IMG/VR virus record: IMGVR_UViG_3300034069_000533
Span: 1,947 to 65,946 of that record
Origin: a virus
Taxonomy: Duplodnaviria; Heunggongvirae; Uroviricota; Caudoviricetes
Reading direction: 5' to 3' (one strand)
DNA: 64,000 nucleotides
In this document: piece after piece, positions 53,273-63,291 of the stretch
Numbering within the stretch: the stretch's first letter is position 1
How the letters are laid out: each line of letters begins with the position of its first letter
Position numbers and translations under genes: made by a program
The notes under the pieces: model-generated
Seen by the model: only the letters and a program-made list of their open reading frames with translations
What the model was told of the DNA's origin: nothing
Databases searched by the model: none

Positions 53273-53919
53273 GGCTTAGGCGCTCCGCTTTGGCCCTGGC
53301 CGGGCTGCACAAGGGTATGGACGTGATTCTTGAGGCTGACCGTACCAGCTATCACGTCACCTTTCACCTTGGCGTCGCCATCAACATAAATCGTTCCGGT
53401 ATAATATACGTCGCCCTCTGGCGTGATGCGCCAATGCCCGCCTGCGGTCTGCATCCGCCCCTCGCCACTAGGCTTCAGGATCAGCCGCACCGGCCCGAAG
53501 AAGAATTCGGCGTTGTCGGGATCGGCGGATATGCCGGTTGCTTGCAGTCCGGGCGTCGCCACGGCATCCGATAGGTCATGCTGGCGCCCATCATCGGGGG
53601 CGTCATTCGAGCCCTCTAGCCAGCCTTCTAGGCTGCGCTGTGCGAAGTCCAGTTTGACGCCATCGCCCGCCTGCATCGGCAGGGTAAACCCGCACCTCCC
53701 ACCCATCGTCAGCGGCCAGACAATCGGCACTTTGTAGAGGTCGGGCGCGGGCAGCGGATCGCCACTGGCCAGCCGCTTTGGCAGGCTCGGCGTCACCGTC
53801 GCCCGGTTTTCCTTGGCATCATAGGACTTCAGAACGCCCGGAGCGCTGGTATTGATTTCTGCGGTGTGCGTCTCCATCGCATTTTGCAACGCTTTAATTA
53901 AATCGCTTTCTTCCGACAT
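53269..53919 (-). CDS. baseplate central spike (Gp138-like)
   Basis: T..PG....YD....A.V.P, VP...P, GD.V.L.F..RS...W, R.HDLSDA, SL..H.H. Confidence 0.88.
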   Translation of the reverse strand: MSEESDLIKALQNAMETHTAEINTSAPGVLKSYDAKENRATVTPSLPKRLASGDPLPAPDLYKVPIVWPLTMGGRCGFTLPMQAGDGVKLDFAQRSLEGWLEGSNDAPDDGRQHDLSDAVATPGLQATGISADPDNAEFFFGPVRLILKPSGEGRMQTAGGHWRITPEGDVYYTGTIYVDGDAKVKGDVIAGTVSLKNHVHTLVQPGQGQSGAPKP

Positions 53920-53928
53920 TTATTTATC

Positions 53929-54996
53929 CTACGGCAATGGTGGCGCTGCTGGCGGCAGCGGTAAATTAGGCTCAGCCGGAACCGGGCCGGGATCGCGCGG
54001 CGGCAACGGTATTCTGCCACCGACATTGCTTTGCCGCACCACGGTACGTGGCTGCGGAGATTGCGCGCGGGTGTCGGTTGCGGCAGCTTTAGGCTCAACC
54101 AACTTTAATTCCGAAATCCAATCGCTGCCGTAGGTATCACCAATTAAGCGATGCTCACGAATGGTATAAACGCCGTTGACAGAAATAGACGACACCTTAA
54201 CCCGGTCGCCCGGCACAAGCGTTGGCAAAAGCAGCGAGCGGACGCGCCAACCGTCTTCCTCTTGTTCGGCTGTGACAAACTGGCGAGATTTTCTCTTGTC
54301 TTCCTCGGCCTTTTTCTTTGGGTCGTCATTGTCGGTAATGACTTCCTGACTACCTTTGCGCAACCGCTCAGGCGAGCCGACTAATCCGCTATCAACGGCA
54401 ATATCGTACACCGTCCGGTTGGTTGTCCCGCCAGAGCGGATAACCTGCAACGCTCCGCGCTGGAATGACCATGACAAGCCAGTTGCAGCGCAAACCTTGT
54501 CAAGCGCCACCCGGCCGGCGCCGTGATAGGCCAAGCCGTTTTTCCAGCTACGCACCGGCACGTCATCCGGCATATTAAGCGAGACTTTAAACTTGGCAGC
54601 CAAGTCTTTTAAAATCTTTTTGGAATCAACTTGCGCCGCATAGCTCAGCGTTACCATAACATCGCGGATTTCTTGCGCGCCCTCGCCAAGCTGAATTTCG
54701 GTAATTACGTTGGGGCCTTCCTTACGGTCAAAAACGTAAGTCGTGTTGCCCTGATAAACTTCCTTCGGCCCATCTTCCTCGCCGTAGCCGGCTTTAAAAA
54801 TACAACGCACATCAGGCTTGCGCAGCTTTTCGCGCGTATCGGCGGACAAATTAAACACCCTGATACGCGAACGGTTAGGGTTTTTGCTGTCATCCTTATT
54901 AATGTCAAAAGTGACACGCATTGGCGCGGTTATTTCAACGCCAGTCTGCCCACCCTGTCCAATAATAAGGGACCATACCCGATCAAACCTAGCCAT
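53929..54996 (-). CDS. baseplate hub protein
   Basis: F.I.K.....PN...I..FNL, AGY, WS.Q.G.L, GL.GSP, L.P...PG..V.V.S, GDT.G..W. Confidence 0.85.
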   Translation of the reverse strand: MARFDRVWSLIIGQGGQTGVEITAPMRVTFDINKDDSKNPNRSRIRVFNLSADTREKLRKPDVRCIFKAGYGEEDGPKEVYQGNTTYVFDRKEGPNVITEIQLGEGAQEIRDVMVTLSYAAQVDSKKILKDLAAKFKVSLNMPDDVPVRSWKNGLAYHGAGRVALDKVCAATGLSWSFQRGALQVIRSGGTTNRTVYDIAVDSGLVGSPERLRKGSQEVITDNDDPKKKAEEDKRKSRQFVTAEQEEDGWRVRSLLLPTLVPGDRVKVSSISVNGVYTIREHRLIGDTYGSDWISELKLVEPKAAATDTRAQSPQPRTVVRQSNVGGRIPLPPRDPGPVPAEPNLPLPPAAPPLP

Positions 54997-55312
54997 ATAA
55001 ATCAGCTTCCGAAAGATACAGTATGGCCGCGCTACCGTTAACAAAGGAATAGCGATCCAGCACTACGCCCTTGTTGCAATCAACATAAATTTCGCCCGGC
55101 GGAAACTCTGGCTGCCTTGTCTGAAACAGCAGCGGCCAGCGTGGAATAACCATCATGCCAGAGCAAAGCACGGAGAAATTAAGATCGCGCAAACTCATAG
55201 TCCAGAATTGCGCAAGTTGATTCCATGACAAGCCGATGATGTATTGTCCATCGTCAAGCGTTGCTTCAATAATCATATCGTTAGCATCAATGGGAAAAAT
55301 CTGCTGCGCCAT
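54989..55312 (-). CDS. baseplate plug-like protein
   Basis: LD...Y...L.WN....W. Confidence 0.7.
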   Translation of the reverse strand: MAQQIFPIDANDMIIEATLDDGQYIIGLSWNQLAQFWTMSLRDLNFSVLCSGMMVIPRWPLLFQTRQPEFPPGEIYVDCNKGVVLDRYSFVNGSAAILYLSEADLYG

Positions 55313-55314
55313 GA

Positions 55315-56007
55315 TTACGGTCCAAGCCCGAAGAAGCTTCTGGTCGCGGTTCTGGCCGCTTGTATTCTTTCGTCACCAACGGCCCTTTGCCCGCTTTTTA
55401 TGATTGATCGGCCATTAGGATTTTCCGGCTGCGTCGGCTGAGTATTGGCATTGTTATTGCCGGATGGCGTGGTTTTGCCGGCCGGCTTGTTCGTCTCGCC
55501 CGCACGCCCGGAGGCGTCGCCCGACACGTTTTCCGGCGGCGGCACGTCAGCGCTTTTTAGCTTGACTTTGGTAATCTTGGTTAATTCAACGGTTAACTGC
55601 AACCAATTACCGCCATCACCATCCGACGAACGAACGGCATTCATTCCAGAAAATGCAAAATCTTTATACAGAATTTGTCCGGTATTAATCTCAACTAACG
55701 CTCGCTCTTTGTGCATCGTGCGCAGCGCTTCCACCACATCAATAAACTTCATTTCGTTTTGCTGGACTTCAACAAAACCAAATGTAGCTAGATTGGAAAA
55801 GCCGCCGGTTACGTCTTGCAAAGCAATTAGTCCGGTAACGCGTAGCGTTTCCGGCTTCAGATAAATATGATCGCTAGCTGTGGTGCCATCCTCCACCGGA
55901 TATTGCGTAACCTCTGACGGCAAATCAATTTCCTCGCGCGTCAGCACGTCAAGCAACAACGCACCAATCTTGGTGCGGCGGTCAATGGTGGAAATAATCG
56001 CGCTCAT
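55315..56007 (-). CDS. Dit-like tail/baseplate protein
   Basis: LD....E......VT.YPVEDG...SDH....P..L...G. Confidence 0.85.
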   Translation of the reverse strand: MSAIISTIDRRTKIGALLLDVLTREEIDLPSEVTQYPVEDGTTASDHIYLKPETLRVTGLIALQDVTGGFSNLATFGFVEVQQNEMKFIDVVEALRTMHKERALVEINTGQILYKDFAFSGMNAVRSSDGDGGNWLQLTVELTKITKVKLKSADVPPPENVSGDASGRAGETNKPAGKTTPSGNNNANTQPTQPENPNGRSIIKSGQRAVGDERIQAARTATRSFFGLGP

Positions 56008-57800
56008 TGCGTCGCAGCCTCAACACGCGGCATGGATACGCCTAGACCGCTGGCAAAGCTACCGCCGAGCCGGACGGCGTTCGCTTCATTGGCTCGATTA
56101 ACCCCGCTCTGTGTAGCAGAAGCGACGGAAGCCGGATCAGAGCCGGGCGCATTAACCGTAATATCATTCTGATTGGTAATGGTCTGCGACACGCCGGCGC
56201 CGTTGCGACCAATGGAGCCGGACATATCAGGAATGCGCGTATTAAATGCGCCATAATCAAAATCGCTACGGTATCCGTCAATGGCAAGTCCGCTACGCAA
56301 GCCGCCGCGACGTGGGCCAGCCGCCGCGCCCTCAGCGGTGCTAGTATCGCCACCGCCGCCCATGCCGATCTTGTCCATAAGCCAACCGACGCCAGAGCGC
56401 ACGCCGTTAAAGACAAACATCGCTTTTTCATAAAACTGCGTGATCTTTGCAATAATATTGTCAAATACGCCGGCAAAGAAATCAGCTAGCGGCGCAAACG
56501 CTACCTTCAATTGCTCAACAACGCCCGCTAACCATTCAAACTGCGGACGCATCCGCTCCATTTGTTCATTCCATGTATCCGCAATTAGCTGCGGAATGGC
56601 CATGAACCAAGCTTTAAATTCTTCAAACTTAACTTTTAAGCCGTCAAGAATTTTGGAAAATTCGCCAAAGCGATCCCCGAACAAGGAATCGCCACCACGA
56701 AGCCAAGTAATAAAATCCTCAACAATTAAAATCCATGCCAACGCCCCCACAATCGGCAGGAAGGCAACCAGCACGGCGCGACCAAACGCCATGGCGCCAG
56801 CCGCCAGCGCGCTAAACAGCGCCGGCACCGACGCCAACAGTGACGGGCCAAACAGCACGATTGCGGCGGCAGCGACAATGCGCAACACCGCTTCCAGCCC
56901 GCCAAGGCTCTGGACAAAATCACCAACAACGCGGATGCCGCTACGCCAGGAATCTAGCGTATGCGAAATATACAAAAAGATACGGGCAACTTTATCGCTT
57001 AGCCCAAGCGTGCGATCAATCTCAGCCAAAAAGCGTTTAGCAGAATTGGTCAGAATTTGATATGCACGGCTCATGCCAATAGGAAAGTTGGCAAGCTCTT
57101 TTCGTGCTGCCGCGCTTGCCTGCATCATGGCCGGCACAAACAAGTCAACCGTCATCTTTCCTTTGGTGACGGCCTCGTTGAATTCCTTGCGCGTCATGCC
57201 CAAGGCTTTAGTAATGTCATTCAGGAAGCGCGGCATATTATCGCGCAACGTATTTAATTCTTCCGCCTGAAACTGGCCAGAGCCTAGCGTCTGGCCAAGC
57301 TGGACCATGCTCTCTTTTAGATTTTCCGCGCTAACTCCTGCAACAATACCGGCAGCCTGTAAGCCTTCAATCAGGTCAACCGTATCGGTCGCCGGGCGCT
57401 TAAGCTCCTGCATCGCCATGTTAAAGCGGGTAAATGCTTGCGCGCTCTCATCCGCGCTAACGCCCGTACGCGTGCCAATCTGATAAAGTTTATCATAAAT
57501 ATCCGCTGCTTCCGTGGCGGATGTGGCGCTGCGCCCAATGCTGCTTTCAATCTGTTGCAGCGAACCGTTCATTTTGTCGCCAGCTTGAGCGATGGCGACG
57601 GGAATTCCGGCAACAGCTTGGCCAATTCCGGTGGCAATGTTGGCCATCATATTGCCAACAGCGGTGCCAACGGCTGTGCCAATAGCTACAGAGGCGGCAA
57701 CCGCGCGTCCCTGTAGCTGATTAAGCGTATTGTTAAATTGAGTGGCGCCAGCCTGATTGACTTGGAAGCCTAAGAGGGCCACTAACTCCGAGACGATAAT
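56004..57800 (-). CDS. tape measure protein (probable ATT start)
   Basis: IVSELV.LLGF N-terminus, QL.Q.LGSG..Q.EE.N...DN.P tape-measure motif; AGGAG 9 nt before ATT at 57800. Confidence 0.85.
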   Translation of the reverse strand: MIVSELVALLGFQVNQAGATQFNNTLNQLQGRAVAASVAIGTAVGTAVGNMMANIATGIGQAVAGIPVAIAQAGDKMNGSLQQIESSIGRSATSATEAADIYDKLYQIGTRTGVSADESAQAFTRFNMAMQELKRPATDTVDLIEGLQAAGIVAGVSAENLKESMVQLGQTLGSGQFQAEELNTLRDNMPRFLNDITKALGMTRKEFNEAVTKGKMTVDLFVPAMMQASAAARKELANFPIGMSRAYQILTNSAKRFLAEIDRTLGLSDKVARIFLYISHTLDSWRSGIRVVGDFVQSLGGLEAVLRIVAAAAIVLFGPSLLASVPALFSALAAGAMAFGRAVLVAFLPIVGALAWILIVEDFITWLRGGDSLFGDRFGEFSKILDGLKVKFEEFKAWFMAIPQLIADTWNEQMERMRPQFEWLAGVVEQLKVAFAPLADFFAGVFDNIIAKITQFYEKAMFVFNGVRSGVGWLMDKIGMGGGGDTSTAEGAAAGPRRGGLRSGLAIDGYRSDFDYGAFNTRIPDMSGSIGRNGAGVSQTITNQNDITVNAPGSDPASVASATQSGVNRANEANAVRLGGSFASGLGVSMPRVEAATQ

Positions 57801-57815
57801 GGCGGCGCACTCCTA

Positions 57816-57959
57816 TTAGGTTTTATTCATTGCCGCATTCTGCAATGCAATTTCATGGTCAAGCAGGCTGTTGATTTTAATAATATCTAATAGATCACAA
57901 ACGCCCGTTTTAACCTCAGTCAACGTCACCTTGCCTGCGGTAATCGGGCGCCAAACCAT
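57816..57959 (-). CDS. small tail assembly chaperone partner
   Basis: WRP...G..T..E......L.D....N.LLD; start overlaps upstream TAA. Confidence 0.65.
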   Translation of the reverse strand: MVWRPITAGKVTLTEVKTGVCDLLDIIKINSLLDHEIALQNAAMNKT

Positions 57960-58447
57960 TAATTCGGGGATAAACTCTGGCCGGAATTGCCCGACAGGTT
58001 TGCTTTCCGAAGAAGCGCCCCCGCCGGTCCAGTAGGGGACGCCAGCCGGGCTAGAACCTCCGCGAAGTTGTAAGAGACAACCGCCCAACACAACATGAGC
58101 AAATCACCGGGCGTCAGCCCGCGCCGCAACGCCTCATTGGCATCCAACTTGGATGGCTGTTCACCCGGCCCGGCAATAGAAATGCAGTTCGGATCAATCA
58201 GCACGGTCGCCAAACGCCGAAGCTCTTTGCCGTCAACCTCACCGGCTAGGTTGCTCAGCGCGGCCATAAGCTTGGCGCGGTTTTCTTCCTCGCTGCCGCC
58301 TTCCTTACCGTCAACCACGGAAAGAAATGGACGGACAAAGCGCTTTTGCAGATCACCTAAAACTTCCAGCGCATAAAACGGATCAAAGCGGCGAATATAA
58401 CAAGTATATTCGCCAATCTGATGCTCATACCGCGACAAATCAGCCAT
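57959..58447 (-). CDS. tail assembly chaperone
   Basis: Position between tube and tape measure genes. Confidence 0.7.
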   Translation of the reverse strand: MADLSRYEHQIGEYTCYIRRFDPFYALEVLGDLQKRFVRPFLSVVDGKEGGSEEENRAKLMAALSNLAGEVDGKELRRLATVLIDPNCISIAGPGEQPSKLDANEALRRGLTPGDLLMLCWAVVSYNFAEVLARLASPTGPAGALLRKANLSGNSGQSLSPN

Positions 58448-58884
58448 TAAAGATTACCACCCACGATAAAGATAGATGGCTGCGCCGTGACAAACTGCCA
58501 AGTCCGGTTGCCGATTCCGCTGCCGAAACCGATGGCCGGACGCTTGGCGATCCAAGCTTGCGCCGCCATGAACATGGTTCTACCGCGCAAATCCTGCACC
58601 ATAAAGGGGAAAATCAGCCCGCCGTTGACACCATCCGCCTCTAGCAGCCCGCTTAGGTAGTCGTTAAAAGCGGAGGTCTGCAATAGCGCCATATCAACGG
58701 TAAAACATTTGTTGGTATTCAGCGCGCGGGCAATCTCGCCATTAGCGCCAACCTTAAACGAAGAAATATCAGCGACGGGCGCAATGTTAATAAAGTTGTC
58801 TTCGTCAAGCCCGGTCGCGGGAACGCCCATAACCAAGGCTAAAACCTTGGATGGGTCGTAAGTCGTTACAACGCTGCCGCTCAT
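58447..58884 (-). CDS. tail tube protein (DUF3277-like)
   Basis: TYDP.KV, G...D.FI, VGA.GE, L.QTS..N..L, GIG.R.W.F. Confidence 0.85.
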   Translation of the reverse strand: MSGSVVTTYDPSKVLALVMGVPATGLDEDNFINIAPVADISSFKVGANGEIARALNTNKCFTVDMALLQTSAFNDYLSGLLEADGVNGGLIFPFMVQDLRGRTMFMAAQAWIAKRPAIGFGSGIGNRTWQFVTAQPSIFIVGGNL

Positions 58885-58924
58885 TGGTATAATTCCTTAA
58901 TTCTATTGGCTAGAAAATAATTCA

Positions 58925-59995
58925 TTAACCAATGTTATCGTAGGTCAGGACTCCGTCAATTACGGTTGAATGAATCGAACCGGCAAGACGGGCGCTAAAC
59001 TTAACATCACGCAAAATGCGCGCCTGCTTATCTTCCTTGGACACCGAAGATGCCAGCGGCACGGAAATGGTAAAGCTAGGAATAATAACGTTGGGGTCGT
59101 CAGCGTCGCGCTCTGGCGGGGCAATGCCTCCGCGCCGCACACCAAGGTCAAGCGCTTGGTGAATCGCCTGCCGGATCATAGCAATTCCGTCATCGGTATA
59201 CGGAATACGCCGATTGACCTTCAGGTTAAACACACGGACGCGAATTTCTTCGCAGAGCCAATTATAAAACCGGATAACGTCAATCCACTCGCCGCTAGGC
59301 GTAACGCCATTCTGCGTAATAGCGAGATTGCGGAACGTCTCGTAAGTGTTGCCGTTTTTATTCGTGATGTTGATATAAGCGCCCTCAACCATCGGCGGCG
59401 CAGTCACGCCAACAAGAGTCTGATCCGCCCAATCCTCACCGCCGGGAAGCGTTTGAAACAGCTTCGCCATAATGGCCACTTCGGGGAATTCATCGGAATT
59501 GGCGTTGTAGAACCAAAACCCCTGATCCCAAGCACTCGCCATCAGCGCGGTCGCTGGCTCATCGCCAGTCGTGGAAGTCACATCAACATCGTCAATGACG
59601 GCGCCGAAAAGCTTTTGGTTAGCCTGCGACCACGCGAAAGCGCCGGGAAGATCGGCCGGGGCGTGCGATACTTCGCAAAAGCCGTACCACTCGTTATTGA
59701 CCGCAGAGCAAGCCGCCAGCATGGCGGTAACGCTTTCCGCATTGTCGCGCCGCAGCAAATAAACCTTAGCCGGGCGCGGCTTCTGCGAAAAAGCAACCTG
59801 AAGCGCCTTATACATATCGGACGTGGTTGCGAGGCTATATGGCGCAATCAGCACGTCATCCGCATCCGTCACCACGCTAACGCGGTCTGGATGGGTAAAC
59901 ACACCGGCAAGCGCCATTTCGCTAAACGAATAGCCCTCAACGCCACGGGACTGAAGCGTAATATTAACGCGGACAATGCGATCAATTTTTGCCAC
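58925..59995 (-). CDS. contractile tail sheath protein (DUF3383-like)
   Basis: I..IV.V.I, F.Q.P.P...Y, WYG, PG...W..Q.L.GV, SGEWID, IPYTD.G. Confidence 0.88.
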   Translation of the reverse strand: MAKIDRIVRVNITLQSRGVEGYSFSEMALAGVFTHPDRVSVVTDADDVLIAPYSLATTSDMYKALQVAFSQKPRPAKVYLLRRDNAESVTAMLAACSAVNNEWYGFCEVSHAPADLPGAFAWSQANQKLFGAVIDDVDVTSTTGDEPATALMASAWDQGFWFYNANSDEFPEVAIMAKLFQTLPGGEDWADQTLVGVTAPPMVEGAYINITNKNGNTYETFRNLAITQNGVTPSGEWIDVIRFYNWLCEEIRVRVFNLKVNRRIPYTDDGIAMIRQAIHQALDLGVRRGGIAPPERDADDPNVIIPSFTISVPLASSVSKEDKQARILRDVKFSARLAGSIHSTVIDGVLTYDNIG

Positions 59996-60009
59996 GGCAA
60001 ATGCTCCCT

Positions 60010-60303
60010 TTAGCTCTCAGGGTCCACGTTAGAAGGCGTGACCACAAAAAAAGATTTACCAGCTACGGGAGTTGGAGTTTGACACTCAAACCGCATTTCC
60101 CATCGCCCGACTGAATCCGGTAAAAAATCCATGGAAAACTTACCGGCTTCCATAATTAAATTAAATTCTGTTCTTTCGTCGTCTGGACTTTTTAAAATAA
60201 GTTTGGCGTCGGCAGAGTTAATTGGCAACCCGTTGTCATCCGATAGCGAACCATAAAGCTTTACTAAATTGCCAATTAAAACATAATCCGGTCTTACATT
60301 CAT
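60010..60303 (-). CDS. small Ig-like structural protein
   Basis: ...G.W..R.E pattern; operon position. Confidence 0.55.
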   Translation of the reverse strand: MNVRPDYVLIGNLVKLYGSLSDDNGLPINSADAKLILKSPDDERTEFNLIMEAGKFSMDFLPDSVGRWEMRFECQTPTPVAGKSFFVVTPSNVDPES

Positions 60304-62798
60304 GGCGTAACTCCGGGGATACAGGCATCAACCCGGTTGGTTTTTGCCTCAACGCCAAGGGCAACCGACATTTTAGTTTGCATACCCATCGCAACCAAGC
60401 CTTTAGGCGTTACGCAAAGCGAAAGAGTGATACCGGGCGCCGTGCCGGTTGTGGATACTCGCCCGCCGATGAATGCGCCCGGCTTCAACCAGCTAGCGCC
60501 GTCCAGCAACGTGGAACGCTCAGTTACGAAGGTAGCAGCGTCAAACATTAGCGGCGCGACAAAAGCGGCGCCTTCATGATTGACATAAAGCCAAAGGCTA
60601 AACTCGCCGCCTTCAAAAGTCGGGCTTTCCAGATATTCAGCGCCGGGCAAAATAGCCTGCTGCTGCACAAGCGCCGGGCCGGACGCAAAGGCAGCGTCAG
60701 ACTCCAGCGCAAACCCGCCAGGGATCGCCACACGCTGGCCGGTAGCCGCGCCGGGCGCCCATGTGGGGCTGAAGGTCCAAGAGGTCCCTGACAGCGGCGC
60801 ACGGCGCACGGCAGAGGCATTGCCGGCCTGCCAGGACAGCGGGGCGCTAAGTTGCGCATTGCCACCCAAGCCGTTGCGGGTCGCCTGCGTCCCGCCGAAG
60901 CTGGCCGACATGGGAGCCGTGAGACTAAATCCCGGCTGGATCGCAGCCAGCCCAATCAAAGCAGCGCCGCCCTGCCAGGATGGTGCGGAGGTCCAGTTTC
61001 CGGCGGCTAGGGAGGCTTGTCGCTGTGCTACGGTAGTGCCAACCGTCCAAACCGGCTGAGCCTCTAGGAACGCGCCTCCGGGCGCCGCTTGCCGGATCGC
61101 GGACACCGCCCCTGCCGCTAATGTGGGGAGTGAGGTCAGGGTGAAGCCGTCACCGCTGTAAAGCTGATTGACGACGAACGCGCCCGGCACCCAAGTTGGC
61201 GCCGCGCCGGTCAGCGTGTAGCCACTGGCCGTGATGCGTTGCGCCGCATTCACCGTGCCGGGCGCGAAGTTCTGCCCGCTGGTCAGCGCGTATCCGGGCT
61301 GCGAAGCGAATTGGAATGCCTGAGCCGCACCGGGCGCGAAACTTTGCGCGCTGGTTAGGGAATAGCCATAGGCATTAACAGCGGCCACGGAACCAACCGC
61401 GCCGGGCGTAAAGCTCATATTCGCGGTCAGCGAATAGCCATTGACGCTGGCAATCTGATAAGCCAAAGCGGCGCCGGGCGCCCAAGTCTGATTGCTGGTC
61501 AACGCAAATCCGCTGATAGCGGCCATGCGAAATGCATTTACTGCGCCGGGCATCAAGGTCTGCGACGAAGTTAGCGCATAGCCGGTAATGCTGACGATTT
61601 GCGCACTCGACGTAGAGCCGGGCGCAAAGCTTGGGCTGCTAGTCAGCGCGTAGCCGGATTGCGTGACAAGCCGCGTAGCCAGCGCGGCGCCGCCTGCAAA
61701 GGTCTGCGTTCCGGTCAGCGAATAGCCGGATGCTGTGACAATGCGTTGCGTGGTGACGACGCCGGGCGCCCAAGTCTGTGAGGCGGTTAGCGCATAGCCG
61801 GAAGGAATAGCAATTTGCCACGCCGTCACGGCGCCGCCAACAAAGGTTGGGGCGGGCGTGCCGGTTACGGAATTTGCCGGAAGCGAGGAATTGGCAGGAT
61901 CGCTAGAATTTGCGCCGCCGTATCCAGTAAAGGCGACAGGTAAAGAAAATCCAGCTAAATTAACGTTTACAGCATTGCTTTTTACCCACAACGCACGCCT
62001 GCGCCGTGGCTGCATAATGGACCAACGATCCAAACGCCACTCGTCAAGCTCAGCATCAGCAAGCGAGCGATTCCAATACCACGCCTCTAAAATATTGGCG
62101 TTGGCATAAGAATCTTGGAAGCCGGCATAAGAGCGGCTTCCCAACCCTTCGTTTTGAAGCGGGAAATTTCCTAGTGCGCTTTGCGTCGTGGTCGCTGTGG
62201 TAACGGAACCAACGACAAATCGCCCGGTGTCCGGCTCCCAAAAATTAATTCGGCCCGTTGTCGGGCTATCCATTGTCGCAGTAATAAATACCATTTTACC
62301 GGCGGTTAACCCTTCCGCCGTGCTGACAACAAGCACGGTTGAGCTATTATCGCCGGTTAAAAAATAACGAACACGATCAACGTTGGCGTCAATATGGAAG
62401 CGAGCATTATTGCTGCTGTTATTATTAAAATTATAATAAATTTGATATTGCCCGGTAGCTGCGACCACGTTTGGTCGCACAACCACAGCAAATGATCCGA
62501 CAGGATTAATGTCAGGACGAAATACACTAGATGGATTTTTTAAGCCAAAATTGCTGCTACCGTTAAAATTAGCGCCAACGCCAAAATCAGTCGGCGTTAG
62601 TGTTGGGGTCGCGCCAGCACTGGAAAACGTCATGTCGCCCGGCACGGATTCGGGCGCAATATTAACAATACCGTTGCCGGCCATAGCCAGCGACGGCACC
62701 CATAAAGAAGTCAATCCTAAAGCAAGCGGGCTATCTTGGTCAATTACGCCCAATTCGGATGGGGTAATTAGTCCGCTTGGCCTTCTGATGAATGCCAC
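60300..62798 (-). CDS. LamG/concanavalin-like domain plus many ~24-aa GY.LT...F.PG repeats (fibre-like)
   Basis: ...W.RSL.DAE...W end of LamG-like domain; regular repeats such as SGYALTASQTWAPG. Confidence 0.65.
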   Translation of the reverse strand: MAFIRRPSGLITPSELGVIDQDSPLALGLTSLWVPSLAMAGNGIVNIAPESVPGDMTFSSAGATPTLTPTDFGVGANFNGSSNFGLKNPSSVFRPDINPVGSFAVVVRPNVVAATGQYQIYYNFNNNSSNNARFHIDANVDRVRYFLTGDNSSTVLVVSTAEGLTAGKMVFITATMDSPTTGRINFWEPDTGRFVVGSVTTATTTQSALGNFPLQNEGLGSRSYAGFQDSYANANILEAWYWNRSLADAELDEWRLDRWSIMQPRRRRALWVKSNAVNVNLAGFSLPVAFTGYGGANSSDPANSSLPANSVTGTPAPTFVGGAVTAWQIAIPSGYALTASQTWAPGVVTTQRIVTASGYSLTGTQTFAGGAALATRLVTQSGYALTSSPSFAPGSTSSAQIVSITGYALTSSQTLMPGAVNAFRMAAISGFALTSNQTWAPGAALAYQIASVNGYSLTANMSFTPGAVGSVAAVNAYGYSLTSAQSFAPGAAQAFQFASQPGYALTSGQNFAPGTVNAAQRITASGYTLTGAAPTWVPGAFVVNQLYSGDGFTLTSLPTLAAGAVSAIRQAAPGGAFLEAQPVWTVGTTVAQRQASLAAGNWTSAPSWQGGAALIGLAAIQPGFSLTAPMSASFGGTQATRNGLGGNAQLSAPLSWQAGNASAVRRAPLSGTSWTFSPTWAPGAATGQRVAIPGGFALESDAAFASGPALVQQQAILPGAEYLESPTFEGGEFSLWLYVNHEGAAFVAPLMFDAATFVTERSTLLDGASWLKPGAFIGGRVSTTGTAPGITLSLCVTPKGLVAMGMQTKMSVALGVEAKTNRVDACIPGVTP

Positions 62799-62801
62799 GG
62801 A

Positions 62802-63275
62802 TTAACCCGCAATGCTCTCAGTGGACAGACGATACTTAACTAGATTGCCGCTGGCGGCGAGCGCCACGCCAGAGCGGTTAATCACTGCCAGCTTATACTT
62901 GCGCGCCTGAATTGGCACCAAAGAGCTAAGCTGTGTCTGTGCGTTAGATGCTTTGGTATTCAGAGCAATGGCAGCGTAGGGACCGTTTTGCCAACGGGCT
63001 TGGTTGCCTGCGGTCGCGCCATCATCGCCGGTCGCATAAGTGCCAGCGGTGGAAGTCTCTGGAATAAGAAAAACAATAATATTAGCGCCGTTGGTCGGGC
63101 TAAGAGCGGCTAGCGATACTTCAAATTCAGCATACAGCCACGCGCCGGCAGAGTTATCAATCTGCGGCGCGGTCAGCGTTGACGTGAATTGCGAGCCGTT
63201 GGCTAGTGAGTTTAAATCGGACGTGCCGACAGCGGCAGTCCAAGCGCCTTGGACAACTTGGCTTACAGCACCCAT
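62802..63275 (-). CDS. phage structural protein
   Basis: L.SLANG, IDNS, I.....KYK....N.SG..LAASGN. Confidence 0.6.
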   Translation of the reverse strand: MGAVSQVVQGAWTAAVGTSDLNSLANGSQFTSTLTAPQIDNSAGAWLYAEFEVSLAALSPTNGANIIVFLIPETSTAGTYATGDDGATAGNQARWQNGPYAAIALNTKASNAQTQLSSLVPIQARKYKLAVINRSGVALAASGNLVKYRLSTESIAG

Positions 63276-63291
63276 AATTATTGCGCCTTAA

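Noticed and set aside
49862-59995. Tail operon as a tailocin, T6SS or eCIS rather than a phage
   Set aside because: No T6SS membrane complex or eCIS AAA+ ATPase was seen. It is linked to lysis genes, phage-type early cassettes and further structural genes running off the window edge. The head genes still need confirming outside the window.
58970-60013. 347-aa plus-strand ORF
   Set aside because: Antisense shadow of the tail sheath gene; no motifs or RBS.
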